A DNA stretch of 53,971 nucleotides, filler included, from Bipalium vagum (taxonomy: Eukaryota), in NCBI GenBank assembly GCA_037834085.1. It is 3 parts of 3 records of this genome, joined end to end, with 100 filler letters (N's around TTAATTAATTAA, not from the genome) between each part and the next. Parts side by side here need not be neighbours in the genome. Positions count along the whole stretch, not along the records: positions 1 to 18,385 come from JBBMKC010030637.1; positions 18,486 to 36,215 come from JBBMKC010053697.1; 1 more part is not named here. One strand, given 5' to 3'. Positions within the stretch are counted from its first letter, which is position 1. Every line of letters starts with the position of its first letter. Below, in pieces: positions 13,551 to 27,404 of the stretch. The notes below the pieces were generated by a model. That model was not told where the DNA came from. It saw nothing but the letters and a program-made list of their open reading frames with translations, and did not search any database. Made by a program: the position numbers and the translations under genes.

Positions 13551-14795
13551 TTAGGGTGGTCGGAAAGTCTTTAGATTATCTATTGGTAACTTTGTTTTGC
13601 TAATTTGTATTGTTGCATTAACAAATTATTAGTAAGTGCTATATATCAAATTAAAGGATTTGTTTTACAGAATCAAATGGTATATTGATTCCTAGATTTT
13701 TATTTAAGTCCTTTATATTTTTCATCTATGAAATAAAACCTAACAATTATGTATTTATAATTAAAATTAAAAAAAATTGTATTTATAATTTTAATTTAGG
13801 AACTTTTACTGTACGAATTCCAGTTAGGCCATAATGTCAGAAAAGCGATCCGAAACATCTGCTAAGCAACGGTGATGGTGCTGTTAAGCGTAAAACAGCT
13901 TTTAACTGGTATAAAAAATTTAAAAATGGCCGATTTGATCTCGATGACCAACCACGTACCTGATGCCCGTTATCGATTGATTCCGAGGTCAAACGTCAAG
14001 CTGTTGAAACAAATCCCATTACAAGTCAACAAAGACTTTCGGGAGAACTAAATTTGGTCAAATCAACAGTCCATGACCATTTGCATAGGCTGAAAAAAGT
14101 TAACAAACAATGTAAGGATATTCCTCATGAATTAACCTATGAGCAACAAAAACGGACGATCGAAATTTACCAAAAATTATATGTAATCCACGTGATAACG
14201 GTTTTTTAACGAATCATCACTTCCGACAAAAAATGGATTTATTTTACCAACTATAACAGGCAAAATCAATGATTCGATTCAAATCAACAAGGTCTTGCAG
14301 GACCAAAAAAAGAACGCTTTGAAAAAGATTCTTTTTTGCGTTTGGTGGAATTAAGAGGAAAAAGAGTATCTTGAGCTTCTTCAAAGTAGGCAAACCGTCA
14401 ATACTGAACTATATTTAATGCAATTAGAACGTGTGCTTAAAGCTTTGAGATCCCTTTATCCTTCCTTAGTCAATCATAAACGTGTTATTCTTCAGCATGA
14501 TAATCCAAACCGCATACTTCAAAGACAAAGGTCCAAAAAATGGAAGAGCTGTTGTTTGATCTTCTACAATCTACATCATCCACCTTGTGATTACCACCTA
14601 TTTAGGTCAACTACTATGTTTCCTTCTTCGCGTCGGTTGACGAGGTCGAAAATGCATATCGAGAATTTTTCGCTTCAAAGACAGTACACGGTATACTAGA
14701 TGAATTCATCGGTTTGTGGAAATATGGCACAATTTTATGAAGTTTTTGGATTTACCTTAAATTAGTCTAGTCTAAAGACTTTCCGACCACCCTAA
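13551..14795 (+). mobile_element. Full-length (1245 bp) mariner element with pseudogenised transposase
   Basis: Perfect 25-bp TIRs (ttagggtggtcggaaagtctttaga) flanked by TA on both sides. Decayed motifs: WYKKFKNGRFDLDDQPR, IPHELT, ITSDKKWIYF, ILQHDN, PCDYHLF. Confidence 0.95.
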
Positions 14796-15482
14796 TAAAC
14801 TATTTTTGTTAGGAAGCCAAAATATATTTTTTAAAAGATAGATATATAAAATATACGTATGTATCCCTTGTGAAATAGGAACGAGTGGCGCAATACGTCA
14901 AAGAGTGCCGCTGGTCCTGGCTAATCAGCCTGTTAATACGTTAATTCATTCCACATAAGTTTATACATTTTAATATACGGAACTATTTGTTAAGGTTCAT
15001 TCTGACAGAAAATCCGGTGTCATTTCAAGTTTAATGAAACAAAAATAGAATTTAATATAAGGATTAAAATGATAAATATTGTAGCTACTTTGTTGATTAT
15101 AAGTGACAAGAAATGTACTGTTCTAGATATTATGGTGAAAACGATAAAAAAATTTAATTAAGAAGATCAGCGTTAATACAATTTTTTATGATACAATATA
15201 TGCGAATAAAAAAATAAAATAAAAAAAAAATATCAATTAATTTTTTGTGATCAAATTTTTTAATAAAATTGTAACGATAATATTATATAAAATGCATTTT
15301 TTTTCATAAGACAAACAGTGTAGTAGAGTTTTTATTTCTTTCAAGCGTTAAACCTACTTTACGGATGTAAATCGAACAAAAAATGAAAAATCTGACAAAA
15401 CATAAATTTTGGAAGAATTATAAATAATAAAGCTTATTTTATGGGGTAATCTATTTAATAATATTTAATTGTTTAATATGTA

Positions 15483-16437
15483 TTGGGTCGACACATACGT
15501 AATGTTTTCTTTAAATAATTCATTTTCAACCAATAAGTAAATTGTTTAAATATACCCAAACTATTTTTATCGTTATGCTTAATGTTTAGGTTTTTTTTAA
15601 AAAAAAATAAATGGCTCTATTAAATTTATAGAAATGACAATTAAGTTACCGAATAAAGATGACATACGACATTGTATGATTTATGAAGTTCATCATAGTA
15701 TAACGACCTCAAAGGCAGTAAAATCAAATAACTAAATCTATTCGGATGATGTTGATGTTAGAAAACGTAGGAGATTGATTATTAATGCAAAGTTGGATGC
15801 TCCTTAATCGGAAAGATCGCCTGTTTTTGATATCTAAATTATACAGGCATCGATTGGAAAAAATCATAATTAGAAATCAACAGGTAACAATTCGTCGTTA
15901 TTTCAAGAAGGTGTTGGGTAAAGAAAGCAAGACAGAAATATGAATGTCTTACGAACTTACCGATGACCAAAAATAGAAGTGTGTTTCAATAAGCAAAGTT
16001 CTCATTTTCAAACAATGAAATAAAAACTTTCTGAATCGTATGATAAATGGTGTCAAGAAATTTTTTTGCACAATAACTCCAACTGTAAGACCATGATTTT
16101 CACATTACCAAAAATAATCACTGGATAACTAAATATTCATGGGAAAAGGTAATGTTAAGTATTTGGTGGTCCGCTAGGGGTATTTTTTATTTTGACTTGC
16201 TGTAGCCTTGTGAAACGATAATCACGGATGTTTATTGTGCATTTCTTAAAAAACTATAAATATTGCCACAAATGAATTTTCGATTTAAATATAGTTTTAT
16301 TTAGAAAGATGCACCATAAAATTACTTTTTAAATTGAGTAACATTGTAGAAATCAATGTTGCATATTTATTCAATAAAACTACCTGTTTTATGTACCTGG
16401 TACATAAAAGAAAACATTACTTATGTTACTTACCCAA
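15483..16437 (+). mobile_element. Decayed mariner element
   Basis: TA-flanked imperfect TIRs (ttgggtcgacacatacgtaatgttttcttt versus reverse-complement ttgggtaagtaacataagtaatgttttcttt). Remnants IRHCMIYE and VMLSIWWSARGIFYFDLL. Confidence 0.85.
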
Positions 16438-18385
16438 TACATAGTTCTATTTTCGAATTTTGGAATGAGGATTTGATTGATTTTTTAAGTGGCTTAGATC
16501 ATTGGATCAATTTTGAGGGTGCATAGTAATAATTATAATTTAATAATTATAGTACAGCTTTAGTAATTATTCATAAATTTAAATATCAAAAGATCCCAGA
16601 ATATCTGGCTTAATTAATTATTATTTAATTTAGAGTAATATTTCGGAAAAATCGGTAATTAATAACTAATAAAATCAGACAGCTTTAAGAGTTTAAAATT
16701 TTGCGAATTTATTGTGTTTCGGAACTTGAGGTTGAAACTAAAGTGTTGCGAAGATTGTTTTAGTTAAATTCAATTAATTCCTACATCAAGGATCATACAC
16801 AGGTCTCGAGAGTGTTGTACTAATGATGGGCAATCTTTAAGGGCTCTTGCATTTTGGTAAATGTTTTACCTTAAATACTCATTTGGTGAGAGTATCTTAA
16901 CTATTTTATGTTTATTTTCTTTATTCAATTTATTGTTTCGTTTGTCAAATTATTTTCTACATTGAGAGGATCGATTCGTCGGTAGAATTATTGACTTTAT
17001 TTATAGCCAAGGCAAGCAACCTGTTTACAGTTGTTAGAAAAAATTATAAAATGTTGAACATTAATGGTAGTTATTGTGGTGTTGCTTGATAGTGAGAAGG
17101 TTGGTGGGGCAACGAACACAAAAAAGTTTGTTTGGAAGATAGATTGTGCAAATCAGTTATAAAATATATATTAAGAATGTTAGATTAGTGGTATCTATCA
17201 ACAGATATAGAAAAAAGTTTTTATTGTTGCCATCAGTAAATTATAGAAAAAAGAAGAAAGATAAAGTGATTAAAAATCTTTGAGAAATTAATTCATTTCG
17301 CTTAATAAATTGAAAATTTTTATGTATGCTAGTAACTTTTATACAATTTATTAACCAAACCAGCTTTACCTGGTTCCTCAACAATTAAGTAGGCTATGTC
17401 CATGTTCAAACCTCATTAACATTTACTTTATTGAATGACAAAACAATAACAATTAAATAGCTATTCGTTTTTATTTCGTGTCTCTGCGATTAATGTAATT
17501 CACTCTGAAATAAATATAATAAATCGATAAGGTCAATTTATGGATTAAAACTTGAATATTTAAAGATTATTATATTAATTCGATTATTGGCAATATATAT
17601 TACGAAATAAATATAATAATAAAGCCCTATCGATCGACCGCCATCGATATAATCAAAACAATAAAACAGGTACACATATGGACCACTGACTTAAGTTGAA
17701 CAAAGTTTCCTAAACAACCTATAAATAACTCATAAGCCATTAAGAAAGGTTTTGTATCTAAGTACAATTCTTCAGAAACTTTCTCAACGAAACAATAAAA
17801 ATGATATCCGTACTCAAATAATTAAACTATGTTAATCACACATTTCGTCAAATATGTAAATCGTACTGTTTCTCATTCTCTAAAAGGACTCTTATTTCTG
17901 ATGAAAATTGATAGTTTCAGTCACTGTTTTTTTATACCACGAAGTTTAATTTCAAAAGTGATTGCTCTTGCCAATTTTATTATCGTAATACCAATTTTCA
18001 GCACTCTTTCTTAATTAATAATATATATGCTTTTTTTTAAAAAAAAAATTGAAATTTTTGGCAGAAACTATTTAATTTTTTTAGATATTTATTGATTTTT
18101 AGATAAACATGTAACTCTTGACATTGACGAATAATAAGTAATTTTTAATTAATTAATTACTCTTTTATTATTGCTCAGTGTCTCAAAATCAGTTTTTGTC
18201 ATCAAAATTTATTCAAAACAATTTTGTGACCTATTAAAAACCTCATATACACAGCTGAACAAAAAATGAGGCTTACACAAAATAAAACATTTTTATTAAA
18301 ATGTTTATATTGGTTAACATTTATTACATTTTTAATATTTAAGCTATTGCACGTAATATGTATGTAATTTGGTGTTTTTGTTCTG

Positions 18386-18485
18386 NNNNNNNNNNNNNNN
18401 NNNNNNNNNNNNNNNNNNNNNNNNNNNNNTTAATTAATTAANNNNNNNNNNNNNNNNNNNNNNNNNNNNNNNNNNNNNNNNNNNN
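18386..18485. other. Assembly gap with artificial TTAATTAATTAA spacer
   Basis: 44 N + TTAATTAATTAA + 44 N = 100 bp. The same construct occurs at 36216-36315. The 12-mer gives stops in all six frames. Confidence 0.9.
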
Positions 18486-21090
18486 GAATTATAAGTTATT
18501 AATTAAATTAAATAAATACTAAGGATTGGACAGCTACTCCAAAACCTTAGGATCAAATAATTTTTATCTTTTTTCTTATTTCCCAGTATTTTCTTTTTTG
18601 TGTTCTTCACGTCTAGTAGAACGGAGAACCGAATTTTTATCTGAGGGCCCTTGAGAGTAAGATACTGAAGGGTGATCTGACTTTTCTATTAACGGGTTTT
18701 AACTTTAAAGTAAAATTGTATTAAAAAATAAGGTTGACAGATTTATATAAAAATATATTTTATAAAACAACTTGTTAGCCTCCGTTGATCGATTAAAAGT
18801 TTATCGTTTATCGTTTTAAAAGTTTAAAAGGTTTAAGTTTAGTAAACAACATTTTTATTGTCACTCACATTTTAACTTTGAACGTACGCGCACTAAATCC
18901 GCCTGAAATGGCATATATTTTATGTTAAGTTCCTAAAAAGCCCACTATCGATATTCTTAACTCAATAAAAGTAAAAAGTCCAATTTCGATCTTCTTAACC
19001 CGATTAAATATTAACAATCATTTTCATTTTCATAATAAATTATCTTTTTAGGTCTTAAAATTTAACAAATCTTACAATAAAATCTCTTTATACTCCATCC
19101 ACAATTAGTTTGTAAAAAAATTAATATAATAAAATTTGTAAAAATATAAATGAATTTAATTAGATTTCTTTCTCAATACGTTAGGCACTTACAGGGGAAA
19201 ACAAGAATGGTATTGAGTCTGAGTTTAGCATCTGTAGATAGTATAGTTATTCAAACATTTGTTATGGACTTAGTAAATAACAGGTACTCATTCCAACATA
19301 ATATCAGCTTTTGCTTATTTGCTTACTGATTTCTTTCTAAGTATCTCAACCTAATAGGTTTATTAAATATAATGGACTTAAAATTTGGTTTTAACACCAT
19401 TAATCAATCATTTATAATATGAAATTTTAATTTATAGATAAAGTAACTTTCACTTTTATTAATAATCAATATTGTTTTGAATACATAGATCGGGTGCAAT
19501 CTAAACTGCAAATTTTCTGGACGGATGATGAGTTTTGATAAGTTTAGAGATCCATCCTCGAAATGAATTGTACCTCATCATTGATGCCGTTTGACTTAAA
19601 CGGAATGAATTCAACGACAATGTGAACGTAAGCTATTTATTTAATAAAAAAGAGTTTTATTCATTAAGTCACGCGTTTGATACTTTTTTAATTCCACTTA
19701 TCATATTAGGACCAAGTTGACCCTTTCCGGCCTATGGACGTTTAGTCCTCCAATTTCGCTATACTTTTGATCACGTAAGATTGACTTTAATGCATGATTG
19801 TCTCAGAAAAATAATATATATTGTAATGTATCACATCTTATCAGTGATATATTATGAAATACGTCTCACTTTTTTAATGAAACTCTGCTTATTATCTCCA
19901 TATGGTGTTATCAAATCTTCTCCTCTGTCTGACGTAAATATCAATCAACGAAATTCAATCGACTTACTAAATTTCGTAGGGGTTTTATTATATAAAGTAA
20001 AACATTATCTTCATTGTACATATTCCTTTAAGATCGTATCTACTTTTCTAATACATTTTCTTGATCTTTTTTTATTACTAATTATACAACTTTTATTATA
20101 AATATCAATATCTTGAACTGGAATATTGTTCAGTTTTTTAAATAAAATCAACTCAACTTCGAATGGAACCTTTTTGGATTATTTCTTTGTTTTTATTGAT
20201 ATAAAATAAAAAAAAGAAAGGAAATAAAAAATCTTTTCTCCTCTTTTAAAAGAAAAATATTAACGTTTTTGTTAAATTAATATGAAATATCTATTTTGGT
20301 TTTTTTCTTGATAAGGTATTGTTGTTAATTTTTTTCAATATTTAATCATATTACATCAGTGTCAAGATAGTGTGAGAGTAGGAGTCAAAGCGAAAAAGAA
20401 ATATTTTTCAAATTTCGATCATTTCAATATTTTAATCAAAAAAATTATTAATCATTAATTATTCTTGTCAATCGATTCTTTTAGTCAATTTATCAATCAA
20501 TTATTTTTATTTCAGATTCTCATTATGAGTTATCAAATCAGATGCAATTATTCAAAAACATTTTTTCATTAAAAAACGATTTATTATTAAAACAATTTGT
20601 GATTCGATTTTGTTTTATTAGTTATCATTAAATCAAGTGACTTTGTTTTATAACCAATTAATTGTTTTAAAAATAATTTAATTTAAATATCAAATAAAGA
20701 AATTTTCTTTTAAAATAAAAGGAATATCCAAAGCGTGTTTTGTGAAAAGTAAAAAAATAAAATATAAAATAAAATAAAATTACTTTTATATTAGTGGTTT
20801 TGAACGCTGAACGAGTCCACACTGAATAGAATTACTTAAACAGCTGGAAAAAAGAAATATTAACTATAGACGGGCGACATAAAGTTTTAAGAGCTCTTAA
20901 AACAATCAATTAAAAAAATAAAGTAAGCCAAGACACATTACAAATAAGGTGACAGAATCTCAAGAAATAAAAATAAACTTGTACGAAATACGTGTACAAG
21001 TAATAATAAATTTAAATAAAAAATTATATATGCAAATTATTATGACATAAATATAGAATAAAATGACTTAATATTTTAATAAAAAAATTA

Positions 21091-21165
<75 letters not shown>
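21091..21165. repeat. (AAT)n microsatellite
   Basis: About 25 perfect units. Confidence 0.95.
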
Positions 21166-22479
21166 TCATATGATGATATCTGCTTAGGAGGAAGTTAGCG
21201 ATAGTTAGAGTAATTCATTAAATAATTACTCTACTTAAAGGAAATTAAGTAACAATAAGATAACACCTGCACGAGAGGGTATTATCTTAAAAATTAGTTT
21301 AAATACACAGTTGAAAATAATGAATTCACCTTTTAAAAATTCTGACTTCATAATTTATAAGAACTAGAAAGTTATTTGAAACTAATTCGATAAGTCTTAG
21401 ATAAAATAACAAAATCGAGTTTACTATAACTCAAAGATAAATAAATAAATACTAAATTGAATTATTATATTTATTGTAGTTAATTAAATCTATTACGCAG
21501 AACGCCAACGTTATTTCCAGTTCTTGCATTTGTTAAATATAATTACTTTCAGTTTCTTCTTTTTGTTTTTATTTTCCGAAATCTACAGTCTGGTGAATTA
21601 GTCACCCGATTCGATAATAAAATAATGTACGAATTGATTAATTTAATACGAAAAAATATTGGGAAAATTTTATGAATACAAATTATAAATAATTTGATCT
21701 TAATTAATTGTAAATGGTATAAATTTAGTGTACTTTGTTTCTAGCCTCTTAGTAATTTTTTAATAAGAAGAAAAAGAAAAACCAGAACCCAGCTTTTTTT
21801 CTTCATTTTCTAAAACCCTAAAATTTAGTTTTATAATGAATTTATTTCAGATTTCAAGAATAATGTGAGGAAATATCACTCAGTACAGGTTAAAATATAT
21901 TATTTAAATGTTGTAATTTATATTATCAGCATTTATTATATTAAATAATTGAATATAGTTCTGATGAAATGAATCCGGAACGTTTTCAAACTTATATTAA
22001 AAGAAGCTTATGTAAGAAATCACTATAATTATTTTTGTTTAAGTAAGCTAATTTACCAATAAAATTGATTAATCAAATTTGAATTATTTAATATTAGTCA
22101 AAACATCGGATAATTCTAAAATTCAAATTGTTATTAATTTATGTACAAAACTTTTTATTGTAACAAAGTTATTAGCTTGTCTATTTACGTCTTTTTATTA
22201 AGATTATAAAATTTCCGGATTTATCATGACGACACCGTACAGAAGTAATTTATGAAAATATCATGAGCGTAGTTATAAATTTTAAGATTATTTTTAAATT
22301 TAAAAGATGAAAATAAAATATTTTCAAAGAGATCAAAGGAAAATATTTTACAGATCTTTTTAAAATTAAATTATCGTTTTCATTAATTATGCTTTCATTT
22401 AAACCAATCAAAATATATTTTTAATTAAAATAAATAAATTAATACTAATATATTAAATTTTAATAAAAGATTAGTCCAC

Positions 22480-23200
22480 CATGTTTGAAATATTTAGCCA
22501 AAATTATGTGCGTGAAAGTTTCGGTTTCCTTTCTTTTTTTTCTTTCCATATGAATTTCTCCAGACTTTCCATAACCTCCCATGACAGTTGATAAGAAATT
22601 CTTGAAACGAATACAAATTTATTTTCTTCGAAATACCTCTCATTTACGAAGTACCAACAGTTTTCTTCTTTTTAAGTTTATAAAGTTATTTATATTTAAA
22701 ACGAAAATACATTAACATTGACATTGATCTTTATGTAAAAATTAATAATTCCTCAAGTGAGGAACAAGAAATACTTTATTAATTTGGTTACACATCCCAG
22801 TATCAAACGTCTCAATAACAATCCTTTATAAGGATTCACCCTATTTTCCTCAACCCAAATATCACTGAAAAATAAAAACTATTTTTATAATGATCATATA
22901 ATATAATCAGTTATAGGTTTGGAGAACAACATGAAACCGACAGACTCAGCTTTATTCTGAATTTCAACCTTTTTTCTATTTCTCGAAAATTGTTCAATTC
23001 ACAAGACACCCATTTACCAAGCTCCGATGTTATCCCAAGCGGGTGGAGATGATTTAAAATTGTTCGTGCCTTAATATCGTTCAAAGATGGAAAACTGTTT
23101 GACTAATACTGTAGATGTCATACCATTACCCCGGGTGTTATTTTAGATCTGAGTGAAAGTCTATTTTACTCCGTAAATTGTCTTCAACATTATGATCAAA
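22480..23200 (-). mobile_element. Decayed mariner transposase fragment
   Basis: - strand LNHLHPLGITSELGKWVSCEL corresponds to the mariner HLxxLG...WVPHEL linker motif. Confidence 0.65.
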
Positions 23201-23599
23201 ATATTGAGAATTGATTCTTAAAAACTAATCAATAATAATAATAATAATAAAATAAATAATATTATTAATAAATATTGATATCTACTAATATTGATTACTT
23301 CATGGATTTCTATCAATTTCTACAGAAATCCTCGGTATTCTCAATTTGATTTATCAATCCATCACACCTGACATGAGAAGCCAACGAAGAAAGAGAGGCC
23401 AGAAAGAGAGAGAGAGAGATCGCAACCAATTTTCCTCGTTACCAATAAGCAGAAGAAAATCATCAAATATTATATTTTTAATTTAATTATTTTGAGAAAA
23501 ACTGTAATACATTAACTGTAGTAAGGAAAAAACCGGCTTTGTGGATTTCGTTTTGCAGTTCAGCTGTTTTTAAAAAGAAAAATCGATACTATCGAGAAA

Positions 23600-24527
23600 G
23601 AAAACTAATTGGGGAGAAGGATGCGAATGGAGGAAGAATTTGAGGTATAAATTCTCAAAAGAGATTTACGTTTGATAATCTATAAAAACAAACATATTCT
23701 TGGAGGCGTCAAACATTGCAGAGGTGTTGTTTTCCATGTCCTGTCTGATATTCGTACTTTCTTTGCGATGTCATAACAGGAAAAAAAAATCAAAGAATGG
23801 ATGTTTTTGAAAAGACGACATCGATTTGTCCACAAAAATACAATAGGTATTAGAAATTTGAATTAAAATCATCATTGAATGTTCTATCACATTATATTTA
23901 TTATTATATATAATGGAAAGGTCGGTCATTTCATCTAGTGTCATGGTCTAAGTTTGTGTTTATGCTTGGCTTGAATAAACCCTATTTCTTCTCTAAAAAT
24001 GTGACAGGCACTTATTACCTGGATATTTTGATAGCTTGCGTTAGGTCTGTTTTTAATCAATTATCCTTAGAATCCTCAATGTTCTCTATAAAAGACGGTG
24101 CTTTTATATATTGATATTTAGCAGTTCGAGAGAAAGATATTTGTTATGGCAACAGTTTCTGGAAAGTAGATTGGTAGAAGATGAGGTAATGATTAACCTC
24201 AAAGGTCACCAGACATTACCCCATGGATTTCTTTGTTTGGAGCTATATTAAGGAGATAGTTTGTTCGTTACCAATTCTTTCACTGCAAGATTTGAAACAA
24301 AAAATAAGTGATGCATTTACCAATATGCCAATCGAATTTTGTGAAAATATTTATTTGTCTGCTACCTGTAGATTACATCGTTGCAAGAAACCTAAATGAG
24401 AACATTTTGAAAAAAAATGATAGTTTTGTATGTCTTTGTTTTTATATAAAATATTAAAAGTTGTGCCGAAAGAATTCTTTGTTAATCATTCATAAAATTG
24501 TAAAGATACTTTAACGGACACCTTGTT
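23600..24527 (+). mobile_element. Decayed maT/rosa-like (DD37D-type) Tc1/mariner element
   Basis: PQRSPDITPMDFFVWSYIKEIV at about 24197-24262 (WPPRSPDLTPLDFFLWGYLK-like). TIR-like right end actttaacggacaccttg. The left boundary is uncertain. Confidence 0.75.
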
Positions 24528-25074
24528 ATATGAGGTAATTTTAATTCCTTATTTTACTAAAATATGACATTTTAAATGAGCAGGGAATATTGTGATAAGA
24601 ATAAATAGACAGTGATAATGGGAAATACTCTACAACTTTCTAGAAGCATAACAAAAACACTTTGCATTTGATTTTTTCTCTACAAAGATAACATTTATTC
24701 TTAAATTGGTCATATATAGCCTTATTACAATGACGTAGTTTAGGAAGAACAGACAAACAATCTTTATTACAGAAGTCATGTGATATTCTAGTTAATGACT
24801 CAATTATTCTGGATCAGACATATTAACATGATAATAACCAACAATTAAATCTTACACGACATAATGTCATCATTTAAATTTAACACTACGTAAAAAAATC
24901 AATTAAATTTTACAATACATGATTAAATTAGGAAATAAAATCAATAAAAACATCAGTTACAAAATTTATTATATCATAAATAATTGTAGAGTTTTGCTAA
25001 ATGTTTCTTCCTTCCAGGTATCCAACAATATGAATTCTGTTTAAAAAATATAAAAGTTCAATTTAACATAAGAT

Positions 25075-25310
25075 TTGTGTGTGTCGGTATATATTATTGA
25101 ACCGGGACGAATGAAACTTCTAATAATTGATAAAAGTTTTATCTAGCATTACCTGGCAGAATCCTATTGCTGGATTCGCTGATGTATCGACAATTGTTTG
25201 TGTCCAAAATTTGGTCCTCTGTCACGGTGGGATTTGACGTTGTAATTGAGCTTTACCTCGTCGCATTGGACAATAATTCCAATTCCACCAAGTTGTATGG
25301 GTTTTTTCTG
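25075..25310 (-). mobile_element. Merlin (IS1595/ISXO2-like) transposase fragment
   Basis: - strand PIQLGGIGIIVQCDEVKLNYNVKSHRDRG, then after a frameshift IVDTSANPAIGFCQV, then IRPGSIIY. This matches the Merlin GGxGxIVxxDE ... IVDT ... PGSIIxTD pattern. Confidence 0.8.
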
Positions 25311-26294
25311 GTAAAAATAATTTTATAAATAATTTTATAATTTTTATAAATACTGAGGCTGAAATCGATACCTGAAATTTCATTTGCGAATACGTCAATT
25401 CATTATACTACAAAAAGATTGATTTAATGATTTGCCTAAGTTCAATTTTGAAATTTGTTAACCATGAGAAATTTGGCACTACACAAAAAATCATTAAATT
25501 TGACACAAAATAATTTCATCAATTAACCTTGACATTACATAAAAAAATCAACTAAATTTGACACTACTTTTTCAGAAATGTAGTGTAAACTTAACTTGAT
25601 CCATTATTCTTTCAACTGTTAAATAAAGATTTTTCTCAAAAGATGTCTTTACTGTACACAATCGTTGACATGAAATTTAGCCTAGACACTACCAGCTAAT
25701 AAAGCCAAGAATGTTAGGTTTACTATCATTCCTGTGAGAACGTTTTTACAAAATTCAATACTTCTGTCAATGAATGATTGGTCTGGCTATATCTTTGAAA
25801 ATAAGTTCACGACCAAAAGGACTGTTTCATTCTTGAAAAATTACATTAGTTAGGTAATTGTCTAATTAACTTATAAAGTTGAACTTAAAACCTTTTCAAA
25901 CCTGTTTATTGATAATTTTTTAAATCATCTTAATTGTTAAATTGCTTGGTTCCATACAAATTGAATATTCTCGGACTATTTAAACTTATTTCGAAATTCA
26001 ACAATTTAAACTCGTTCTTTAATGCCTGGCAACAATGTATTACGAAAAATGAAAATAATTATATTACAGTGAGTGTTAAGTTTATTTGTTTAACTATTTC
26101 AAAGTAATTTATTATGGAGTTAAAAACATTTGAATTAATCGATTTATATATCATTTTGAAGGTAATCAAATATCCTGTATAAGGAGGTAAATGAATTGAT
26201 GTAAAATAACAAATAATTTTATAGTTTAGTTTGGTTATAATAAATAGGAAAAAATTGAAATTCTGGAACTCTTTTGACATTATTGGAAACAAGA

Positions 26295-26560
26295 TTTCAG
26301 TGCAAGTACAGCGGCTGAAAATGTATGGGAAGTGGAAGGTGAAAATATTGTATCAACTCGTGTAGCTCAGATGTGGTTTAAAAATTTCTCTCATAGTGAG
26401 AACGACTTTTAGGATCAATCACGTTCCGACAGATCTATCAAAAAGGAATTGGAAAATACTATGCAAATCAGTTGAAAATAATCCATCGACTAGCAGCAGA
26501 AGATTGTCTGATGAACTTTGTGTATCCTAGGAAACAGTTCTCCGTCCTCTGAAAGTTAAA
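26295..26560 (+). mobile_element. Mariner N-terminal HTH fragment
   Basis: VSTRVAQMWFKNFSHSENDF*DQSRS ... VENNPSTSSRRLSDEL. Confidence 0.7.
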
Positions 26561-27404
26561 GCTAAGATTGAAAGATGCTCTATCAATTTGATTAATACAA
26601 GTCAAATTATTCGTGATCATGTTAGATGTATGACTTCCTTAATAATAATACAGTAATACTGTCAAAGATTTTTATCTCTAATTTGAAACCAGGCTGTCAA
26701 ATCAATAATTGCATAACCATAAAAATTAGAAGACAAAAACAATTTTCTCTAATCGAATTGAAGTGAGACTGTTTAACAATTTTGTCATTTAACATGTCAA
26801 AAGTAATATTTCCCCACTTCTCAATAGGGCTAAGTGGGAAATTGAAGAGAAAAAATATCAATTTTCAAGTCATTACTTATATACCCAGGTTAGACCTATT
26901 TCATATTTGTCTAAGTTTCAACCCTTGAACGAAATAATACACAAGAGACTGTAACTATCATTCTTGATCACAAAGATAACAATTGGTTCAAAACGCAATT
27001 TTGTTCTTCTTTGATGAGTGTCCCTTCTATTGTTCTCTTGATTATCCTCTTACAGCGTTGATACATCTTCATTAGGTATAATCTCTCTAAAATATGGTTT
27101 AAACATCTCTAAAGCCTAATAAACATCAACTCAATCAATTAAAAAAGTGTGTTCCACCAAACCCTTTGATCACTTTTAAGACATTATTATATACTACTGA
27201 AATATTAGATATGGTATAATGTAAGTAGTATAATGTTATATTCAAAGAACAACAGAAATCTTTCGCCGCCTCACATTAGTGTACATCTTCAAATTTTTCA
27301 CCAACAAACGAAAACCGGAAATAAAAACTGGACAAAATTGCCCGCAAGATGAAATGTTGCCAAAAATATATATTTGCAAAACAAAACGTTTAAACAACAA
27401 AAGT

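Noticed and set aside
18430-18441. Palindromic TTAATTAATTAA between N runs (also at 36260-36271)
   Set aside because: An artificial scaffolding spacer with six-frame stops, in two identical 100-bp constructs. Not biological.
19195-19282. GKTRMVLSLSLASVDS... as the missing TM2 exon of the receptor
   Set aside because: The RM-to-LAxxD spacing is off by one, no TM1 GN precedes it, and there is no downstream W...C motif.
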